NCBI GenBank assembly: GCA_001938485.1
Contig: MQRK01241356.1
Location: 43,554 to 107,553 of the forward strand
Length of the DNA stretch: 64,000 nucleotides
Reading direction: 5' to 3'
DNA from: Girardia tigrina
Taxonomy: Eukaryota
Position numbers and translations under genes: made by a program. Shown here in pieces: positions 25,901 through 36,900 of this stretch. The notes beneath the pieces were generated by a model. That model did not search any database. It was not told the origin of the DNA and saw nothing but the letters and a program-made list of their open reading frames with translations. How positions within the stretch are numbered: position 1 is the first letter of the stretch; each line of letters opens with the position of its first letter.

Positions 25901-28900
25901 TTCTTTGACTACTTGAAATTTAAACCAACAAGTTGTTTTAGATTGTATTTCGACACGCAATGAATTGGACTTATCTCAAAAAAGGTTAGCTATCAACTTT
26001 CAAAAGATATTTCAAAATAATTTCAATAAATGTGGACAATACTTGCTGAGATAAGGCTTCAGTTCCGGAATTTGATTGCCGCACTGTATAAATACTAAAA
26101 TTTGAATCGAAATTATCTAGTCTCAATAATTAGGAAGTGTTTATTTCAAAGCGTTTACATTAAAAGTTCATAAAAAATTTTCTTATTTTTCCTACAAAAA
26201 TCTTGTTTTAAATTGTTGATGTTGAAAATAAAGATAACCTTTCTCAATAACCTTTCTCAAATTTGATTAGTTTTTCGAGCTATTTCATAATTTAATAATT
26301 TAATAATAATAATTTCAATTTAATAACAAATTTAAACACAAAATGTCTTATTCATAAAATAGAAATAAATACAAAAAACATTGTGTAACAAAGAAGTAAC
26401 TACAATTTTAAATTAATTTTTTTACATGTAAACATTTTACATATAAATAAACTTAATCGTATATTACTTGTCCCATCTCAGTTTTGAAGATATCCAAGCA
26501 TCTTTCGGTAGAATGCGTCGCAATTTTCGATTGATATATCATTGAACTTATCAACAATTAATCTTCGAAGTTCTGCTTCATTTCGAGCACAACCTCTAAT
26601 AATGTTATTCTTCCATACAGAAAATATGTTCTCAATAGAGTTAAGAAAGGAGGAATAAGGTGGCAAATACGTTAACGGCATTTGCCGAATTTCTTCATCA
26701 TCCATTAAGCCACAATAATGATGAATTCAAGCATTATCCATGATTAATATTGGATTTTCAGTACCATTGATAATGCAGCACTCTTAAATTTCTTTAAGGC
26801 ATTGTTTAAAGTTTTCGCCATTTACTGCTCCTTCAAATATGACATTATAAATCATGCCATATTTGTTCATTGTCGCGAGTACTGAAATATTATGACTTCT
26901 AGCCGCCGGAAGAGTCAAAAAGGCGGGTTCTCCTCATCTACTTCTATTACGATTTGGACGAGTAACAACAGCAAAGCCAACTTTGTCCAAAATATAAAGT
27001 TTTTATCATCATTAATAACTTCCAATGCTCGAATGTTTACAGCGTATACTGTTCTGAGACCAATTGTTTTAATGCAGTTTCTTCGCTGAGGTATCAACGT
27101 AACATTTTTTAGAGTGTAGTGAAACTCTCTTAAAGATTTATCTATTGTGCTTAGGTCGATTAAGTTTATTTTTATGTAAAATGTTTATTTGTAAAAAAAT
27201 AAAGTTAAAAGTATAGTTACTTCTTTTTTACAATGTTTTTTGTATTTATATATTTTATGAATAACCCATTTTGTGTTTAAATTTGTTATTAAATTGCTTG
27301 CAAAAATTATGAAAGTAGAGGAAAAATGTATGTTCTGCACCACCTTCCCTCCGGGGGAGTAACCCGTTGCCATGGAAACGGTTCCGATTACCATAGCAAT
27401 GGTCCCCGTTACAATGGCAACGGTTCCGCTTCACTTGGAAACGCTTCTGATTGGTTCCTGGGTCCCTGTCCTAGACAGCAACGGTCGCGAATACCCTAGC
27501 TACGGTTCCGATCATCCTAGTAGTGGTAACCAAGGTCTTAATTACCATGGCAATGGTAACCAAGGGACGTTTTTCATTAGCAAAGGATACAGTGATTCAA
27601 GGTGGTTGTAACCATGGTAACGGTTACTGTATCCATAGCAACCAAAGAAAAAACTGCTAATCGATCGCTGCACAGTGCACAAATGTGCTAATCGATAGTG
27701 CACATTGTGCCGCACATTTATAATGTGCTGCACAGTGCTTTTTAAGTTATACATGTACAAAAGTGCAAAAATCAAAACATAAAATTTTTTTAAAGTGCTA
27801 GTGTCAAAAATCGATTTCATATGTTTGGTGCATATTTTGATTTTCTATCTGAATGTGCAATTAAAATCTTCATATATTGATTACTTTTTCCTATAATTAG
27901 CATAATGTGCAAATTTACACAAAATGCACATCGATTTTAGAGACAGAACAAAGCAGAATATCAAAAAAGTGCTGATGCACTTGAAACCCTAGGGAGTAAC
28001 CCACATACGTACATTCAGATTCCACATCAACATTTTCGAAAAAGTGCTGATAAATCAATTTTTTCGAATATTTCTGAAATTCTCAAAAAAGTGCTCAAAA
28101 ATGGATTTTTTCGTATGTATATGAAACCTCTATGATGTATATGTGTTATTGACCATCAAATAATACCTCATGAATCTCTTAATGTACACCTATATGATAA
28201 TTTTAAATGGAAAATGTATTTTAAATTTGAAATGTTTTATTTTCTGTTTTTTTATAAATAGGTGGTAGGCCCTTTCGATGGCTTCCTCCTGAATCTTTGC
28301 AAGATGGAATATATACCGCGTTAACAGATATGTGGGCATTTGGTGTAACATTATTCGAAATTGTTACATTCGCCACTAGCCCTTATAATGAATATCGTAA
28401 TGATGAAGTTATCGAAAATGTTATTAACGGTTGTTTTACGGTCTACGATTTCTTATCAGAAGAATTTCGTAAAAATAAAATGTATGTTTTTTAAAGAATG
28501 TATTTTACATAAAATATTTTTTTAATAAATTATCAATAAAATCTAAAACAATTTATATTATAAATAAACATTATATGCACTGTGCAATCAAGATACTGCA
28601 TGATCTGCTCTCCTACACATTTGAGGACCGATTTGTGTCTATATTATCAGAATTCCTCACCAAACAGACACCCGGTCAATACGTGGGCAAGTGTTTCCTT
28701 ATCATTGGGACACCTACGACAGTGACCTTTGTTCCCTGTACTGCCGGGGCGGTAATTAACAGGGACTGTGCAAGTCATCGCCTTGTGGTAGAAATACCAC
28801 TCACCGTAATTCAACCCCCCATAAATAGCGCCATGGAAACTAATTGTGGAAATCAAACTTCTTGTAAATTGACCGAAACTGCTTTGTTTCGTCCATTTGT

Positions 28901-30855
28901 GTGTCCAGAATTTCTCCACCAGTCTTCTTAAAGTTCTGGACACACTGTCCTTTAGGATGGGGCGTGAGCAGTATGTTCTCGTCCGTTTCATCTCTTATAG
29001 TCTCCGTCTCCCCATTCGGAATTCTCCTCTCCCACACAAGGGATTGGTGGAGATGGAGACATATTCCTTCTTCATTCTGCACCAGATTCACATCAATTTG
29101 ATGAGTTTCTTAATCTTATGTATGACAAACTTGATCTTTGTCCACCAGTTCTTGATCTTCCCCGAAGTGGTTCATGCGTTAAGCCAGTCTAATGCTGCCT
29201 CAATCGACCATAAGTTCCTCTTTCGGGGACCGGTCGCACCTCTCTGGAGGGAGAAGACCGCTGAGTCCATAGTAAGCGTATCACTATATGTGATCATCTG
29301 AAAACTGTGAGCCAATGATTGAATCAAGTACTCATCTAATACTGATTTAATCCCCACCCCTCCATGTTCTCTCGGCGTATATAGATATGCATTAGATGCA
29401 TTTTTGGGCAATCCAAGCACTTTCTTTTGCAACAGTTTTATGATATTGTCCAGACTGTGACTCTTGTCATCCAGAGTCCCATAGGGAATGTAAAAGATTC
29501 TGAAGGCGAAAATTAGCTTGGAGTGCAAATAGGCCTGCAGTTTTTGCCATGGAAACAAGATAGATTCTGCAATTTCAATTAATTTTTTTTTAATTTTAGT
29601 TAATTTGAATATTACCTAAAGTATGTAAAAGTCATTTGATTATTTAATCAACTAACAAAATCACCTTTCTCTATCTCAGGTATAGTATTTTCATATATTT
29701 GAATCTTGCTGTTTTCTTTATATGGAATAGCAATTCGTGCACACTTTGATGAGTGGAATTTGATACCCAAGATGTCAGTATGCTCTACTGCTCTGCCCAC
29801 CATTGCCTACATTCTGTCCTGATTATGGGCTAACAGGACCAAGTCGTCTGCATATGCTAAACAACTAACACGGTGATTTGCTATAACAAGATCGCCACCA
29901 GATACCCTGTGTAAGTCCATTAGAACAGGGTTAATGGCGATGTTAAACAGCAGCATGGAGAGAGAACATCCCTGTCTCACCCCCACTAAGATTGGGATCT
30001 GTTTCGTTACCGTATTGTCGCAATTGTACGCAGACGAGAAGTTCTTGTACACCTTCCTAATCAGGTCGCAGGAATCCTCTCCTACACCAATCCTTCTCAA
30101 CAGTTTCAGGATAATCTCCACTAAGACTGAACCGAATGCATCAGCATTGTCCAGCATAGTGGCATTAAAATGCATCCCATGACGCCTCCCCTTCTTTTAT
30201 CTCATATATTGGATCATGAATTGAAGATGAATAAGAAAATTACATTAGAACAATTTCCCTGTCATTCTCAAGCCATTGAAAGAGCCATCAAAGATGTTTC
30301 TTCTGCCAGTTGCAAAGTGTTTGGTCACAAGTCCAGACATGGTATGGTATTACTGTGTAAAAAATCAAGGAAGGAATTGCCCAAGGTGCAAAGCAAAGCT
30401 GATTTCATGTGACTTCTTTTTATGCCCTCGCTAATACATTTTTAAACTTTTGGCTGGATGTTTTTAATAAAAAATAATTTCGAAAGTTGATTTTTGTCTT
30501 TGAAAAGGATAATTCAAATTGGCCCTTCCTAATCACTGACGTTGTCAGTATATATTTCAATGCGGGATGAGGACACAGAATATACTATCTCAGCCCAAGA
30601 GAGTAAATAATATATTTATAAGCTCTTAAGAAAGCTACATCTAAATATGGACAAAGGCGCAAAACACATTCCGACACTAGCCGAATTACATTGTTTTCAC
30701 ACTTATGTTGAACTGCATTTTCGGAGAAAAGTTGGGAGCAGTAAATGTCCATAAATCTAAGTAAAATGGTTTGATTCGATGTTTCTATACCAAAATACAA
30801 CTTTTTAACCATGTTTCCTTTCTTGAACTCAAAATTTATTAACATTCGACCCACC

Positions 30856-30907
<52 letters not shown>

Positions 30908-33900
30908 GAAAACAAAGGCCATTTTTGAATATTAAATTTATTCGCAATACATACGCGTTTCACCATTTCGGTATCTTCAGTGCAATAAAATAAAGTGATT
31001 AATTACTATTTATATAGTTGAAAAAACTATTACATCATACGTCTCAAAAACATGCTTTTTTTCTTTATGCATCTCAATCTCTTGAAAAACATTTGTTTTT
31101 CTTGTGCCAAAGATCTTGCTCAGATACAACGGTTTATAAAGATCTATGATAAATGACTTAATTTCTCATCAATTTGTTTAATTGTCACCCTCCAATCGCT
31201 CATCTTACCTTTGGACTTTGTTTACAATTTTTTTATGGATTTAGACTTAATAGTACATTTTATCACATGTTTATACTATTTTCCAGAACAGGAAATAAAA
31301 AAATACAAGAAAATTATACTGATTTTTATTTGCTATTTTTTTCTTATTGACACTTTGTCCTTAAACTGCTACATGCCTGGGGCGTTAATGCAATCCAAGC
31401 GCTAAATAATTTTTTAAATGATTTCGTTAAAAAAATCATAACTCAGAAATAAAAACGAAAAATATGTAAACAAGCTATTTTAGCAAATACTTGTTACTCG
31501 GATTAGGCGCTCTGATAAAAAGTACAGGGGACTGAATTGCTTTAATGGTTAAAAATTGCATGAATGAAAAAATACAATATAAAACAAAACTAAAAGAATA
31601 TTGTTTATTTAAGATCTGCCATTATCAAAAAGTGCTGCGCCTACCGTCCATCATTGAGGTACAAATCGATGAAGGAGTTAAAGGACATATTTGAAGAGGA
31701 TCCTGAATGTGTTGAGCCATCGTTGTCTGATAATCCTCAAAATTTTATGCACTCAAAATCGGTTTTTATTTACATTTATTAAATGATTTTATATGCATTA
31801 TTTCAATAGTCTTGTCATTCTAATATATTGATGTCTGAAACCAGTCAATCTAGTCATAAAAAGTTGACATTTAAATTATCAAAAGAACCGTCTTCATTTT
31901 CAACTTCATGTTTCAATATGGCAGACTCTAAAAGCCAGGATCTTTCTAAGACTTTTAATTCAAGTGATTTTTATAATGCCTTCGTTGGCTTGAATAACAA
32001 TGAGCCAGAATCTCCTACTCAGACAGTTGATCGGAACATTCCAATGAAGTAAGTACTTAATATAAGAAATTTATAAGTTTTTTCTTATTTTTAACCTCTT
32101 GTGGTATAAAGGGTTCAGAGTTAGATAGTACAAATCTGCTTAACACGTTGTTTTCCCCAAATTATTTTAATGTTACCTTTACATAATCAGTTTTATATTA
32201 AAGAATCTTTTTTATAAAGCTGAAAGCTTGAGTTCATTTAAAAGGATATTTAAATTATATAAGCACGATACAAATTGACTTTGATAATCAGGAATTAGCA
32301 TTTCTCTTAGAAAAGAACAATCTAAAACTTGTATTTTTTGAAGACATTAATCTGTTATGATTTGTATTTAATTAAACATATATACGGTTAAAAGAAAGAA
32401 ACATGGGTTGAAAAACGTGGTTGTTTAAAAAACTATTATATATAAAGCCCAACCTTTCATCTGCGTAACTCTCATATTATTCCCTTACAATTGTAAGTAG
32501 ATAATTAAATGAATTTAAATTTTTTGTGACAAAAATTGTTTTAGGGGTTATGGTTATGGTTAGGTTAGGGTTTAAGTTAATGATTAGGGTTAGTGTTAGG
32601 TTTAGGGTTATGGTTAGGCTTGATGTTAGATTTAGGGTTAGGGTGAAGGTTATGGTTTGGGTTTTGGTTAGGGTTAGGGTTATGGTTTTGGTTAGGGTTA
32701 GGGCTTGTAAAGAAAATAAAAAAAATTAATTTTAAAAATTTAAAAATTAAACACTTAATTCGAAATAATAAATTATAACTACGACTTTTTATTAAAACAG
32801 AAATTTTCAAAGACGACATTTAACTCCCCCGTCATACATGACGGGTCTTTTTCTAGTATCAAAATAAAGAATTATGTAATGCATTGAAATATTTTAAGAC
32901 AATGTTTTGGTATTCAATTGTTACCCTTTCACAACCTACATTGGTTAAGTATACACTCAAACCTGTTTTTAGGCGGTCCTTTTTTATGCGATTTTTTTGT
33001 GCAATCTCATATCATTAATTAAATTATAAGATCGCACAAATAAAAAGTCGCATAAAAACATGATTGAGTGGAAACCAAAATATTTACAAACAGCTCATAC
33101 TCAGATATCAATTGAGGACTACAAATTATAAAGGAATTTATCACAGTAGAAGTCTGATCGATAAGCAATGAAGACTATCACTTTTAACGCAAAATGTCTT
33201 GGCCATAATATCACGGATCTTTAATTTTGTCATGAAACATTCATACGCGGTCAGCAAAAGCAAAGAACGTTGTCAGCTAAACTTTTGAAAAACATTTTTC
33301 CGTTGATGTTTTATTAGTGGTAGATTATGATGCAAAGTTACTGAGTGTCTGGACTAGTAATGATTATTTTTACCGTCTACCAACCATCGGTACTGGCGAA
33401 AATATTTTTTGTCTGCTTACTCTTGCTTAACTACATCGCGGAATGGGACTGTTACAAGCCAAAGCTGTCTGTAAAGCAGTAGTCGACTGGAGTTTTGGTT
33501 AAAATCGTCATTGGATCAAATTTAGACCATTTAACATTTAGATCAAATTTAAGGAAGAATAAATTTGGATGGAATACGTATTCAGGTAATATTAAACTGG
33601 CTTTTAATGCCTTTTTTTAAGTGCTTTGGAATATCTAACCGATCTGACACATGCATCCTCATAGGCTTTTAGAATTGGGGATAATAATATTATCAATATT
33701 ATCAGGATTATCTTTTCGATTCACGTACTACAGAATAACTCTTAACCAGAATAAATGCTTAGGGAAGTTCATCACATTTATATACAAACAATTGTCAATG
33801 CAACAACCAAAATAAAGGTATCATGACATGCTGGTGGTTATCTAAATTGGTGGTAAATATCAGTGTGGTTTATGTTTTTTCCTAAGAGTTAAACCCCTCA

Positions 33901-36900
33901 TGTATTCTCAATTGAAAAATTTATTTGCGAATTATAAATCTTGGTTTTTCGTTTTGATTTCAATCCTACTTCCAAAGAGAAGCTTGGCCTACTGCACTTT
34001 TGCATCTTTATAGTTAGTATTTATCTTTAAGCATGGTTTATGATACTATTCGTAGCTTCTGTCCCTTTTCATGATTAGCAATTCAGGAAAATGTCATTCC
34101 CTATGACACCTTGCACCTAGAAATCTGCAAAGTAGCTGCAAATAAATGTACCTTGCATCTTTAATATACATCTGAGTACTTGATCTGTCTTTGGATATTT
34201 GATGATACGGTAGGGGTCAATAAATAATCTAATGCTTTTAAGTTTTGTGTTACGAGGTTTTTATTAAAATGGTGTTTAAATTAAACGGTTGTATTTTTCT
34301 TCTTGTTTAGTTACTTAACTAATCTCTTGAAAAGTATGACGTGTAATTTTTATACATCAAGATTGCAAATTGCTCAAGATTGAAGTCATTAAACAACCTT
34401 TAGAACTAAATACATTTCGCCTAAATTAACACATTTATGTTTCATAGAAAAGCTTACAATTTCAAGGGATTAGACAAACAAAAAAACAATATCCGAAGAT
34501 AATTAAAAATTATTAAAAATTATTAATTAAAAATATTAAATATATCATGTGCATCAAGTTCCATAGCTAAACTTTTGACCCCGGGGCATGACCTTTGATA
34601 ACACTATGCATAACAGCCATGTTGCAGTCATCTTGATGTCCTTAATGATTGTTTAGGCGTGAACTTAAACCATGACGATTGCATAAATTGAAAATCCATT
34701 TATCTGATAAAGGAAAGGTTCTTTCGTCGATTTCTAGTCCCCTTACTATTTCCTTTGCCTGTTCTCGAATGTGCTTATAAGTTTTATAGTTTTATATTTC
34801 CTCTTTTAACCAAATAAAAATAAATCTCTTTTAGCTTTGAAAATGCTGCTGGACAATTTCCTCCAACATGGCGTTTTTTTTTGTTTGTCACTTCTGTTTA
34901 TGAATTGATTTTTTCCTCTCGCCATTCTCGGATCTGTTTATAATCTATCGCTGTGGCCCCGGCTGCACTACTGCTAAAATCAATAAATTCTTCTTCAAAT
35001 CAATTTTGAGCACATTTGTTCGATCTCGTGAGCATAGCGAAGAAACTTTTTATAAAATCTTCTCACGAACGGATAAACTTTTAGCACGTGTTTTTCAGAT
35101 CATGCTGGAAGAACGATTTCTAGGACTTCTCAGCGCTCCTTGAATGAACTTTACTTTCTACGGTGTAAGATTTTCTTTTGAAATTCATCGTCAATGCAAA
35201 TATATATTTTTTGGAATATTTATTCAGATCTGGATTATTTAAATTAATTTTTTTTTAATTATAATTAATTTTTGTGTTAAAACAAATCTGATTGTAAAAT
35301 AAAATTCAAATTTAATAAGAATTTAAAAACCTTCCTCGTTGCTCTATTTAATTATTAGACGAGGAAATCTAATTGCTATGTCAAAGATTTTCAAACAATC
35401 TAATGTGTATAATTACAGAACATAGTAATGATTGATTAATTCTTGAAGTTTTACATATTTTCATTTTTTATAATAATTTGTATTAATTCCTTTAGCCAAT
35501 TCTCGATAATATCAATAAAAAGCTTTATGAAAAATTTTAAATGTTTAGAGAATTATAAAAATAGACAACATCATTCTTACAAATGTTATTTTCAATTCGG
35601 CGATGCTAATTAGAAATAAAAATATTAATGCAAATAATATAAATAAAAATAATATAATTTGAAATTAGAAAACATCATTTATTTAAAAAATTAATAAATA
35701 CTTGATTTATTTTTTTGAAAAAATTATATTTAACTTTTTTTATTTATTTAGATTTAACTTTTAAATAATATTGAAACTATTTTACACCAAAATATATTAG
35801 ACAAAATACCAAAAATAACAAATTCTGCTAAAATATTCAAACTTATTTAACAAACACAGTAATATGAAATTAACATTATCGAATATACGTGTCCCAAAAG
35901 TTTGCGTGACTGTAACACGCGGGGTGTGTACGATGACATGAGGTGGAACCAACCAATCGTAATTGAGGTGAACTCTCATTGGCTGCCCGTCGGCATGTGT
36001 GTGACATACGAATGTATTAATTTGTCATTTATTTCTCTTGTAGTTAGTTTGGAAGAGGCAGTGAAATCTCAACGAGCAATCATCTATTTCCTCTGGAAGG
36101 AAGACACCCACACTGCAGATATTGTGCACCGTTTACACCGCGTCTTTGGTGATGCCGTTATGAGAATAACGGCTGTCTTTAAGTGGGTGCAATGATTCCA
36201 GGCAGGGCTTCAATCATTGGAGGATGATTAACGCATTGGGCGACCAACAACGTCCGGATGTCAAGAAAATGTGAAAGTTATGGAGGAAGTCATTCTTGGT
36301 GACAAATGTCTCACTATCCGTGAGATCTCAGCTATTACAGTCGTTTCTAAAAGTCAGGTGCACCGCATCATGTCAGAGGAGCTGCATATAAGGAAACTGA
36401 CTGCCAGGTGGGTGCCGCGCCTCTTCAATAACAACCAGAAGGCTAATCGAAAGTCTGCTTGTCAAGAACTGCTGCAACTGGTTCATGATCTCGGTGAGGC
36501 GTTCTGGTCACGGATTGTGACAGTGGACGAAGCGTGGCTCCCGTTTTATCTTCCTGAAACCAAGGAGCAGTCCCGTCAATGGTTCCGTACAGGTGACGAC
36601 CCCCTTTAAAGGCGAAGACCGTTCATTCAGCCGGGAAGGCAATGGTTACAGTCTTTTGGGAGTGTGATGGGATAATTCACATTGATTACCTGCCAAAGGG
36701 GGTCACCATCAACAGCGCATACTACACAAACCTGCTCGACAAAGATCTGCGCAAAGCTCTCAAGAACAAACGGCGGGGAAAGTTGTCATCCATCCCATTA
36801 TTGCAAAAGGACAGCGCACGTCCCCATACAGCGAAGTTGACTGTCAGTACCGTGCAACGATTGGGCTGGACACTTTTGCCTCACCCTCCATATTCACCGA

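Noticed and set aside
32526-32819. VRVRV / NPNPN ORFs; possible chromosome end
   Set aside because: These are translations of a degenerate TTAGGG tract that is internal to an intron.
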